NCBI RefSeq assembly: GCF_009914755.1
Contig: NC_060939.1
Length of the DNA: 64,000 nucleotides
Direction: 5' to 3' (one strand)
From: the human T2T-CHM13v2.0 reference genome, Homo sapiens
Part shown: positions 52,934-64,000 of the stretch, in pieces
Position numbering within the stretch: the first letter of the stretch is position 1
Layout of the letters: each line of letters starts with the position of its first letter
Made by a program: the position numbers and the translations under genes
Notes under the pieces: generated by a model
The model's database searches: none
What the model was told of the DNA's origin: nothing
What the model saw: the letters and a program-made list of their open reading frames with translations, nothing else

Positions 52934-53574
52934 ATTGGGGGTGGGAAACCCCAGCCTCCCTCTGTGCTCTTTGATAACAAGCTGGTCTGTGATTTTTGAG
53001 CATATCTTCTCTCATTAGTCCAAGGCACACATGGTTATCCAGGAAACCTCATCTCCCTTTGCAAACCACAGCCCTCCCATGCACAAACTGCTAGTAAACA
53101 CCTGAGCATGCTATGCTACTTCAGATTTTTGCATTTCTGCATATGCAGCTTTGTCTACCACAGCTCAAAGCCAAGCTATCATTCAGCTGTCACCTCTTTG
53201 GTAAAGCCTCTTTACATTTTCCAGTCATATTTTATTACTTTGTCTTTTATGTGGACCTTTCAATACTATACTTATCACTCTATTTAAAAATATTTCTTTA
53301 CCTTTCTCTCATCTGCACTGTGAATTCTTTGAGGGATAGTCCATGACTCTTCTTCCTCGTCTTCCTTCTTCTTTTTTATGATCATCTTCTATATAATAGA
53401 ACTTGGTATATTACAATTCCAATTAGTGTTTGTAGAAGTGATTTGAACCCTGGTCATCTCCTCCTTTTCCCTACCATCTTACTCAATAACGTATAACATT
53501 AAAAAATTTTGTCAAGAGAATTAATTAGACACTGCAAAGGGCATAACTGAAACAGAAAATATACCCCAAACCTA

Positions 53575-54321
53575 GAAATGCAAATCAAAACCATGTGGAC
53601 CAAGCAAATAAATGTGATACCTCCTTATTCCTGCAAGAATGGCCATAATCAAAACATTAAAAAAACCAGATGTTGGTGTGGATGTGTTGATCAGGGAGCA
53701 CTTATACACTGCTGGTGGGCATGTAAACTAGTACAGCCACTATGAAAATCAGTGTGGAGATTCCTTAAAGAGCTAAATGTAGAACTACCATTTGATCCAG
53801 CAATTCCACTACTGGGCACATAGAGATAAAGGTGTCATTATATGAGAAAGATACTTGTACATGCATGTTTATAGCAGCATAATTCGTAATGGCAAAATCA
53901 TGGAATCAACCCAAATGCCCATCAACAACAAGTGGATAAAGAAACTGTGGTATATATATGTGATGGAATACTACTCAGCTATAAAAAGTATTGAATTAAT
54001 GGCATTTGCAGTGACCTGGATGAGACTGGGAACTATTATTTTAAGTGAAGTAAACTCGGGAATGGAAAACCAAACATCATATGTTCTCACTGATATGTGG
54101 GAGCTACGCTATGAGGATGCAAAGGCGTAAGAATAATACAGTGAACTCGGGAACTTGGGGGAAAGGATGGGAGAGGGGCGAGGGATAAAAATCTACAAAT
54201 AGGGTGCAGTGTATACTGCCCGGGTGATGGGTGCACCAAAATCTCACAAATCACCACTAAAGAACTTACTCATGTAACCAGATACCACCTGTACCCCAAT
54301 AACATCTGGAAAAAAAAAAAA
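53575..54321 (+). mobile_element. L1 3' end (ORF2 C-terminus remnant, 3' UTR and A tail; old L1P/L1MA type)
   Basis: gaaatgcaaatcaaaacca...gaactaccatttgatccagcaattccactactggg...aaactgtggtatatata...catgtaaccagataccacctgtacccc, then poly-A. Confidence 0.9.
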
Positions 54322-56149
54322 GAAATCATAAGCTGAACTTGTGGCAGCCTGACAAACTTGCCTAAACCAGTTCATACAAAACTTGATACACTGCTTCTTG
54401 ATTCTATACCATTAGACATGTCCGAAGTACTCCAACAAAAGCTTAAAGAAAAAAACACTAAGCTTCAAGCACAGCTCTTTCTGGTGTATATAAAACGCTT
54501 CCTCCTTAGCTAGTATATTTAACCAGTAGGGCTTCTCTCCTCCTTTCGGCTACCATTTATTAAGTGCCGTGTGCCAGGCACTATCTAATGTATACATAAA
54601 AATTATATGGAGCAGGCATTGTTATGCCCTCATTTAGAAAAGAAAATCTGGAGAGGTAAAACGATTTCCTATCATTTTGCCTAAAGTTTCCCTGTTGCAT
54701 CTTTTAGGTGCTGTGTAGAGTATGATCCGAGACACAGTCATCCTTGTGCTAAGGTCAGCCTGTTTGCAGCAGCAAAACCCAGATCTGTGGTGATGTCAAC
54801 TGCATGAATCCTGCCATTGGGTAATTTTAAAGACCTTGTGTAACTTCGAAGACCTTGCGTACTACTCCTAATGTGAGGATGAAGTTATTCTGTTCCAACT
54901 CCAGTGCTAGAATCATAATGTTGCTTCTTATGGAAAGTACAATTTAAGAACTGTGTCTTAGGTTAAATAAACAGAATCTAGGATACCTTTATAGACTATC
55001 TATGATAGGTTACTGGGTGAGCTTTTATTTTTTAACTGTCTGGAGATGGGGTAGGGAACAGAAACAGAGATAGGGATGATTGGCAGGGACCTTGGGGAAG
55101 AGACAGTGATTTGGCAGCCTTGTATGGAAACGTCCTCTTGTATTATGCCTCAGTTTTTGTTATGCCTTATGTATTCCCAGATTTCCAAAGGAGCTTAAAA
55201 CTTCTCTATACTCCTCTACAACCATTTTTGATGGTGAGATTTTCTTTAGTATCCATTTCCAAGTGAAGTGCTTATCACAATTAACTATCAAATAAACTAT
55301 TTGGGCAGAGCTTTCTGCTTTCCTCAAGTTACCCCTAGGGAATGGCCAGGGGAACTAACAGTAACCAAATATCTACTATACTTCAGGGCCTTCATATGTA
55401 TTCTCATTAAAAACACATAAAACCTATGAGGTAGGTTTTGCTATCCCTGCTTCATAAATGAGAAAGCCTCAGCCTAGAAGTCACACACCTAGAAAGTGAT
55501 TGATTTGGGGTTCAAACCAAATTCTGTCAGTTTCTTAGTCACAGCTTCTTGTTGCAAGTAACAGATATGAGAAGAGGAGACATCTTCACACAGAAGTATT
55601 TGGTGGAATTCTAGAGCAGAACCACCAGGAACTGCACCATGAATGGGAGAAGGAGAAGGAACTAAACCCACTATTTCTTCCAATGCTCGAGGTCGCGGGC
55701 CTCTCATTTGTATTTCTTTCTGTGTCCCATCCCTGTAGCTACATCACTTTAGTTTAAGGGACCAGCAGAATCTGACCAGCATTTATGAACCCCAAATTTC
55801 AAATTTCCAGGAGGGAGAATATGATTGGTTAGGTGAAGGCAGGATCCCCAGGATGCAGGGCCCTTTCTGTGGTTGAGTTATAGATCTCATCCTCTGCCAC
55901 CTCTTCAGGACTTTTGCTCTTTCAGTTACTCCCTCCCCCTGCTATATTTTTAAACCATCCTTTCTTTTGGTTTGTTTATATCAGTATTCAAACATGGCCA
56001 CATCTCTTCTAAGCTTGAAAACATAAAACAAATAAATATAATCTCTTTCTTGAATCCACTTTACTTCTAACGACAGATTAATCTCTGTATTAGTTTCCAA
56101 AGGCTGTCATATCAAATTAGTACGAATGTGATGACTTAAAAATATGTCG

Positions 56150-56651
56150 ATGCCCAGTGCCATCAGCAGTGGATTGGCTAAAGAAAATGTGGTACATGTA
56201 CACTGTGGGATACTATGAAGCCATGAAGGACAAAATCATGTTCTTTGCAGCAACATGGATGCAGCTGGAAGCCATTATCCTAAGTGAATGACTGCAGAAA
56301 CAGAAAACCAAATACCACATGTTCTCACTTGTGAGTGGGAGCTAAACATTGTGTACACATGGTTATAAAAATGGGAACAATAAAGTTGGGTGAGGTAGCT
56401 CATGACTGTAATCCTGGCACTTTCAGAGGCCAAGGCAGGGGGAGGTCAAGAATTCGAGACCAGCCTGGCCAACATGGTGAAACCCTTCTTTACTAAAAAT
56501 ACAAAAATTAGCCAGGCCTAGTGGTACACACCTGTAACCCCAGCTACTCAGGAGGCAGAGGCAGGAAAATTGCTTGAACCCGGGAGGCAGAGGTTCAGTA
56601 ACCCGAGATTGCACCATTGCACTACAGCCTGGGTGACAGAGTGAGTCTCTG

Positions 56652-56692
<41 letters not shown>

Positions 56693-56875
56693 AGCCACTG
56701 AAGAATGCAAGAGTGGGGATGGAGAGAACAGGGTGAGGGCTGAAAAAAACTATTGGGTAGATGCTTACCTCCTGGGTGATGGATTCCTTTATACTCCAAA
56801 CCTCAGCACCATGCAATATACCTGTGTAACAAACTGCACATGTACCCCCTTATTTTAAAGTAAAAGTTGAAAAAA
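56150..56875 (+). mobile_element. L1 3' UTR fragment interrupted by an Alu
   Basis: aagaaaatgtggtacat...catggatgcagctggaagccattatcctaag...tgggagctaaacatt, resuming after 56690 to tgcacatgtaccccc. Confidence 0.85.
56384..56690 (+). mobile_element. AluS-type element nested in the L1, with tail replaced by (CA)n
   Basis: Alu body followed by a pure (CA)n run at 56653-56690; caata on both sides. Confidence 0.88.
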
Positions 56876-57417
56876 GCAGCACAGAAGATAATATAGTCAG
56901 GCAACATATGGAAAAATGTATATGAAATTTTAGTTACTATTTGTAAACAGCAACAAAAAAAGGATATCAGCAAACCATAAAAAAGAAAACAAAAGTTGAT
57001 GAATTCAGCATACATTTTGGAAGAATAGACAAGCTTTCTGTGAATTTGCTTTGGTTACAATAGAATCCTCTCTTATTAAGTGAGCCAATTGGCAAGTGAA
57101 CTAATTGGGAAATAAGCTTTTTCTGAAACCCTAATGACTTCTTATGGCCGCAATTAATAAACATAGATGCCATATGTAATAGCAGACACTAACCATGCAT
57201 CTGTGCTGTATAAGGCACCAGTAGGTGGAATACGCAAGATCTAAAATCAGCAGATATTGGTATGCTTTCTTCATGGGCATTCAAATTAAGAGATTTGTAA
57301 GTAAAACCTTCCTCATATTGGCAAATTCATTTTGTAGATGTAACCCTTGGCTAGTAAAGATAATAGTATTTGGAGTAAGTAAAATATTTATCTTGGCATT
57401 CAATATTTTAATAAATG

Positions 57418-57491
57418 ACATCACATGCTAATCAACAGATGCACACTGGAATAATAACATCACACGCCAATCAACAGACGCACACTGGAAT
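57418..57491. repeat. 39-bp tandem duplication
   Basis: acatcaca(t/c)gc(t/c)aatcaacaga(t/c)gcacactggaat at 57418 and 57457. Confidence 0.9.
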
Positions 57492-58419
57492 CAAGTTAAA
57501 ATAATAAAATTAAGACAATCAAAACACCAGGCTGCAAGACCTGCTGAATACAAATGTGTCACACTTACACAATATTCTTCCCAGTCTCATTTCTCTGCCC
57601 TGCTTGATAAGCAGAATTTTAATCTTTTCTGGGATTCTTCTTCCCAACTGTTCTCTCTAGAGTATTAGGATGGGAGCCACTCTGTGGCACACAGCTATCT
57701 GCTTGAGCCACTGTTCATCTCTCCTGAATTGCTTATCTCTGCATAGCCTGCATGCCACTGCCTGAAACTGTAGGAATCTGGGGACTGTGTGGGGAGGGGT
57801 AGAGAGGCTGTGTTAGAGTGTGTTCATGTACATCCCTGCTCAGTTGCTGCCCATGCAGTCACCAGGACTTGCTGCTTTGTCTGGTCTATTCTGCTAGATA
57901 TCTTTTGCTTTTGTAATGATTTTATTTGAGATGCATCGGACTGCCCTCCTTTGGACAACTCAAGTTCATCAAATCATTCTGTATATGTTTGATCTCATTT
58001 GTTGATGGTGAAAAGTTTCTTTCCACAGGGCCTCTAGACTTCTTTCAAGTAATGTGACTGTGCCTCTACCTCAGTGTTCTTGAACCTTCTTTGACAAGTA
58101 GGAGGCTGGACTGTCCTTGGTGGTGAAGACTCTAGAAGGTCATGTGACTTAACTGAAGTTTTGTATCGGGATATAAACTCATTAAGAAAATAACTATAAA
58201 AATTACTTATTACAAATCTGTTGAATCTAAGACAAAAGCAGGAGTGGGAGAGAGCTGATGTTCCTTTGAGTTAGTGAAAGTTGGAGTAACAGCACCTTAG
58301 AGCCCTGGATAGGATGTGTATCACGTGCCTATATAAAAAATATTTCTAAATGAAACTTAGTCAATCGATACAACTGAGAATTGTTAGCTATGGAGTATTT
58401 AGCTGATTGAAAATCATGG

Positions 58420-58887
58420 CTACAATATTTTGTAGCTCCTCCTGCGAAGAGGTGGAGTCTATTTCCCCACCTTCAATCTGGCCTGGCGTTATGCTTGCTT
58501 TGATGAAGGAAATATGACAAAATGTATGTTGCATGAGTTCCAGAACTTAGGCATAAGTTGCTTTGTAGCTTCTCTCTTTGCCCACCCACTCATAGCATCC
58601 TCCACCACCATGTAAGGAAGCTTGGGCAAGACTAATGAATGATAAAAGACCCTGTGAGAGAGAGGCCCAGTCTATAGCCCGCATTAGGCTTCAGACAGGT
58701 GAGTAAGGCCATCATAGACCCTCCAACCCCAGTCAAGCTGCCAGATAACTAACGTCTCATGAGAAAGCCCAGGCGAGACCAGCAGAAGAACTGCCCAGCT
58801 GAGCTTAGCCTGAATTGCAGACACATGAGCAAGTAAAATGTTATTGATTTAAGCTACTTTGTTGTGCAGCAATAGATAAGTGATATA
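58420..58887 (+). mobile_element. MLT1-type (MaLR) solo LTR
   Basis: aagaggtggagtctatttcccc...cagcagaagaactgcccagctgag...ttgtgcagcaatagataa end motif. Confidence 0.75.
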
Positions 58888-59254
58888 GTATACTCTGTAT
58901 AATTAGAATTTATCAGTGGCCCTTTCACTGACTCTCTGCATATTTTTGATGTAAAGAAATAAAACATAACCAGAGGTTTTCTGTTTTGTTGATTTTGTTT
59001 TATAAATAAAAAAAACTTAATCTATGAGAGGTTAAATCCATTACTGATTTTCTCTATTTCAGCTGCACTAGCATTTTGAGTCCATCCTCGTGTGCTGCTT
59101 TTATAACACCTTATTCATCTCCCCATATCACACACACAATTAAGAACTAACCAAATGTTGACTACACAACTGTACCTATTATTACCTGTAATTTAGTTAT
59201 CCTTCCTAGTGGGGCATGGATCACATTTTAGATGCCACATTGGAGGCCTCTTTC

Positions 59255-59337
59255 CCTTCCTCTCTCCCTCCCTCCCTCCCCCCACTTCCTTCCTTCCTTC
59301 CTTCCTTCCTTCCTTCCTTCCTTCCTTCCCTCCTTCC
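59255..59337. repeat. (TTCC)/(TCCC)n simple repeat
   Basis: Direct inspection. Confidence 0.9.
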
Positions 59338-59441
59338 GCAATGGTAAACTTGATTTCACCCTTTGTAAAGTATATATTTTCCTTCTTACGGAGTTTCTTC
59401 CCTCATAAATAAGGAAAACAAGCAGGTAAAAAGATAAAACA

Positions 59442-59786
<345 letters not shown>

Positions 59787-62219
59787 TCAAGTGACCCATT
59801 GCCAGCTTTCCCCTTTAATTGCTGTGGCCAAGGTTCCGTGGATGGCACAGAATGAATTCCCTTGGCCAAATGTACTCAGGATGGCAATCCCAGGTCTCTA
59901 TAGCAACATTTCAGTAACTGTTCTGTGCTGCTAATTAGCTCCCTTTCCCCCTGTGGAGGTATTACACATGACTTTTTATGCCAAGTGATGATCATAACAT
60001 CAGGGAGCTCTGCATTTTGTGATCCTCTATTTCAACACTGGTCCAGGTAGGTTAAATGGAAAGAAACTGTCTTTGATGGAGATCAGAACTTTAAATGGAA
60101 ACACACAGGACAGTGAGAGGGAGAATTTAATCAACCAGGAGTCATGAATTATCTGCTATTCAACACGAAAATTGCAGCAGATTAACTAACAACTGAAATA
60201 TAGAAGGCAGCAGAATGAGTAGAGTCAAGTCATGATTTCATGTTCAATATTGGAAAGGTTATTCCAGTGACATTTGCACAGACGTGTTGCGTGTGGGTCT
60301 CCAGGCAGAGAATAAAGTCGGAGTGGAAAATTTGAGTCCAGTGCAAGTAAAATGTGAGGAATTTTAGACAATGCTAAACAAACTAGTTTTGGTATGTTAC
60401 GGTTTCCTGGGCCACAGACAGCACACAAAGATCATCACAAAAGAAGAAACATGATGTAGTGGAAATAACCTGTACAGAGGAAACCAAAAGTCAAACATAT
60501 TCTGGATTTGCCACCAACTTGTTCTGGAGCTTTAGCCGAGTCATTTACCCTCTTTGTACCTTGGTTTTCTTAACCCTAAAATGAAAGAATTTTACAATCG
60601 TTAGCAAAGTTTCATTCAGGTCATAACAACAGACTTCTATAAGGCTTGCTGTATTGTTGATGGCAGTAGGAACAGTAATTTGGGAGCATGCAACTCCAGT
60701 GTCCATTCCTGTCCCTCTTTTTCATATTTTAAGTGGTGTCCTGAGCCCTTTCTACCCATCTTTATCGGAGTGACTTCAAACAATGATCTACATTTAAAAA
60801 ACCTTAGAATTATCATCCTCATTTGGATTGGTGATAAGCTCACATGACTTTAATTCATTTCCCATTTCTGTTGGGCAGCACAGGGCTGAGCAACCTGAGC
60901 AGAGGACAGAGTGAGTTGATCAGTAGATGATCTCTGGAGTATCTTTTTTTGTTACATTCTAGGCTTAATAGTAGGAGTGTGGGAGAGGTCTGTGCTCTGT
61001 GTTAAACACAATCATGAGCTTCAGAACACTGCAAAGGCACACTGGGATTGAGTTGCTTATCACCACTGATAATCTTTTTTCCTTTTGTAAGAGTGAGCTA
61101 AGTGGAGAGCTTAATTCTGTCTTCATGGAAAAGATCAGATTTAAACAACTATTCTGCCCTGCTTAAAAAAGTGTTCAGTGGGGACTAATACAAAGTGTGG
61201 TACATAAAGACCTTAAGTTTTAAATAGAGATAGAACATGAAAGACTGGCTGGAAGGCAGTAGTACCAACAATGAGTGGACAAACCTGTTTTCCAAATTTT
61301 TAGCAACACTAGGAATAATCTAATATAAATCTTTGCTAACCTTATATATAAAAATAAAGTGTTATTTTAAAGATAAAACAAAAGTCTTGTGTAAAAATTA
61401 AAACAGTTTTAGGAGTAAGTGGAAATTGGAGACATTGATAGAGTAACTTTCAGCTTCTAGGGAGCAATTTAGAATTTAATCATTCACTTAAATAAATTGC
61501 TTCAGTAGGAAGGTTGCTGATGATAATCAGTGTGAAAGGAACTTAAGTTATTCCAAGCTGAGTTGCCCTTTATGAATGTAAATGCCATTTATACTATTAT
61601 CATGCAAAAGTCTAAAAAGGATAATTTGAAGACATGTTGAAGAAACATGATTTACAATGACCAGAAATTCAATAGTGTTCTTTGTTAGATCACTCTTAGA
61701 ACACTATTAACACTATTAGTATAAAGGTTTTTGGTTTGGTTACCACAGTATAAACAAGATTTATTTCCACTTAGTGTATATAAAGGTAAGGGTATCAAAG
61801 AGGACTTCATGGAGAAAGGAATTAGACAGAGTGGGTACTGAAGAAAATGGGAAGAATTAGAGAGATGTAATGATGACAAAGGCATGTAGGCTGAGTGAAG
61901 AATGTGGAGTGAAGACATGAGCTGAAGTGTGTGTGTGTGTCTGTGTGTGTGTATAAAACAAAGGTATCCATTCAAGTAAGTAAAGGAGTTCTTATTCTGT
62001 GCAACGTATTTTCTGGTGACAAAATTTACAATAGAGGAATATGAGTTGCTTTGTGACTGAAATTGTCTCTAAAGGCATATATTAGCCCTTGTCTAGTTTT
62101 CTGACAACATATGAATTGCTCATGATTTTGCCAACATCAATGCTTTTTGTCCTAAATCAAAGTTTCTCCTTACTCTCCTCTTTCAGTTAGCATGAGAGTT
62201 GTCACAGCCGACAGAGGCA

Positions 62220-63158
62220 ATGGATGAAGCCAATCACTCTGTGGTCTCTGAGTTTGTGTTCCTGGGACTCTCTGACTCGCGGAAGATCCAGCTCCTCCTC
62301 TTCCTCTTTTTCTCAGTGTTCTATGTGTCAAGCCTGATGGGAAATCTCCTCATTGTGCTAACTGTGACCTCTGACCCTCATTTACAGTCCCCCATGTACT
62401 TCCTGCTGGCCAACCTTTCCATCATCAATTTGGTATTTTGTTCCTCCACAGCTCCCAAGATGATTTATGACCTTTTCAGGAAGCACAAGACCATCTCTTT
62501 TGGGGGCTGTGTAGTTCAGATCTTCTTTATCCATGCAGTTGGGGGAACTGAGATGGTGCTGCTCATAGCCATGGCTTTTGACCGATATGTGGCCATATGT
62601 AAGCCTCTCCACTACCTGACCATCATGAACCCACAAAGGTGCATTTTGTTTTTAGTCATTTCCTGGATTATAGGTATTATTCACTCAGTGATTCAGTTGG
62701 CTTTTGTTGTAGACCTGCTGTTCTGTGGCCCTAATGAATTAGATAGTTTCTTTTGTGATCTTCCTCGATTTATCAAACTGGCTTGCATAGAGACCTACAC
62801 ATTGGGATTCATGGTTACTGCCAATAGTGGATTTATTTCTCTGGCTTCTTTTTTAATTCTCATAATCTCTTACATCTTTATTTTGGTGACTGTTCAGAAA
62901 AAATCTTCAGGTGGTATATTCAAGGCTTTCTCTATGCTGTCAGCTCATGTCATTGTGGTGGTTTTGGTCTTTGGGCCATTAATCTTTTTCTATATTTTTC
63001 CATTTCCCACATCACATCTTGATAAATTCCTTGCCATCTTTGATGCAGTTATCACTCCCGTTTTGAATCCAGTCATCTATACTTTTAGAAATAAAGAGAT
63101 GATGGTGGCAATGAGAAGACGATGCTCTCAGTTTGTGAATTACAGTAAAATCTTTTAA
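62220..63158 (+). CDS. OR4F6: Olfactory receptor family 4 subfamily F (class II OR), 312 aa, intact
   Basis: [18 protein letters not shown].. with N-terminal NHS sequon, [33 protein letters not shown] and [12 protein letters not shown] motifs. True ATG at 62220 (the ORF track starts 7 codons earlier at TTG). Acceptor ctctttcag ends at 62186. Confidence 0.93.
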   Translation: MDEANHSVVSEFVFLGLSDSRKIQLLLFLFFSVFYVSSLMGNLLIVLTVTSDPHLQSPMYFLLANLSIINLVFCSSTAPKMIYDLFRKHKTISFGGCVVQIFFIHAVGGTEMVLLIAMAFDRYVAICKPLHYLTIMNPQRCILFLVISWIIGIIHSVIQLAFVVDLLFCGPNELDSFFCDLPRFIKLACIETYTLGFMVTANSGFISLASFLILIISYIFILVTVQKKSSGGIFKAFSMLSAHVIVVVLVFGPLIFFYIFPFPTSHLDKFLAIFDAVITPVLNPVIYTFRNKEMMVAMRRRCSQFVNYSKIF

Positions 63159-63753
63159 ATATATTGAGAATATACAAAAAGGCAAATTATACTAGAATTT
63201 CAGACAGATATGTGTTAAGTAAGCTATGTTAAATTTAACCAGAATATCACTTTCTACTAGTATGTATTGTGTTGTCTTTTTTTTCTTCCCAAATTGAATT
63301 GTGGTATCAATCTCTTGCTTATATAGGAGATTTAAAGATTAAACAGTGTGGCTACTTTATTTCACCAACATTATTACCTATATATAATGTCAAATAGAAT
63401 TACTCTAAATGTTAAACAATCCATTTTGAATGTCGGTGTGTGGTTTATTGCCCATTTTCTATTTTTTCCATTTAAGGTAGATTATCTTGCTTTAAAGATA
63501 AAGGTTAATTTTTACTAGACTTACTGATTTGTCTTACTATGTAGCTAAGTTTTTTTTTTATTTTTTCAGCTCATTATCTGTTAGCTATTTATTTGTTTAT
63601 CTTTTTTCAAAGTCCATAAAGAGAAACTACACTTTTTTTTTTAAAGAGGAATTTTGGTATAAAGAATTAACTAAGTATTAAATTGTGTTAAATAAATTTT
63701 GTGGGAGCTACTGTTTTGGGCTAGCCTCCTGTATTAGGCCCCAGCCAACCAGG

Positions 63754-64000
63754 TGATATAGTTTGGCTCTGTGTCCCCACCCAAATCTCATCTTGAATTA
63801 TAATACTCATGTGTCAAGGGAAGAACCTGAGGGGAGGTGATTGGGTTATGGGAACAACATGGTTTCCCCCCGTTGTTCTCGTGATAGTGAGTGAGTCTCA
63901 CGAGATCTGATGGTTTTATAAGCTACTGGCATTTCCCCTGCTTGCACTCACTCCTTCCCGCCGCCTTATGAAGAAGATGCCTGCTCCTCTTTGCCTTCTA
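63754..64000 (+). mobile_element. THE1-type (MaLR) LTR, truncated by window edge
   Basis: tgatatagtttggctctgtgtccccacccaaatctcatcttgaatt...gtgagtgagtctcacgagatctgatggttttataa. Confidence 0.88.

Noticed and set aside
62199-62219. 7-codon N-terminal extension of the OR in the ORF track
   Set aside because: Starts at TTG; the ATG at 62220 gives the canonical 312-aa OR.

Overview
Primate (almost certainly human) genomic DNA, recognisable as a chromosome-15 GOLGA/DNM1 (LCR15-type) segmental duplication next to an OR4F olfactory-receptor cluster. The gene order matches my recollection of distal 15q26.3 (DNM1P47 - GOLGA8-family pseudogene - OR4F6); I could not verify this by alignment. (1) 339-21320 is a ~21 kb CpG-rich tandem array of roughly 240 monomers (length-based estimate). 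It was generated inside one dynamin-1 GED exon, using three recurring junctions (periods 91, 97 and 65 bp) assembled into 435, 955 and 3144 bp higher-order repeats. The 91-bp monomer has no stop in any + frame, which explains the 700-1500 codon ORFs. (2) 21321-23175 holds the rest of that exon, two alternative DNM1 terminal exons and the 3' UTR. (3) A multi-exon GOLGA8-type golgin pseudogene lies on the minus strand (ATG at 38488, terminal stop at 28259, internal stops and a frameshift). It has a 7SL S-domain fragment in an intron and a ~3.4 kb AT-rich, apparently retroposed insert in its 3' UTR. (4) 39-62 kb is ordinary repeat-rich intergenic DNA (Alus including a very young AluYa-type copy, L1 3' ends, MLT1, MIR, MER5A). 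(5) An intact single-exon olfactory receptor, OR4F6, lies at 62220-63158. The exon-derived satellite is the most unusual object in the window.
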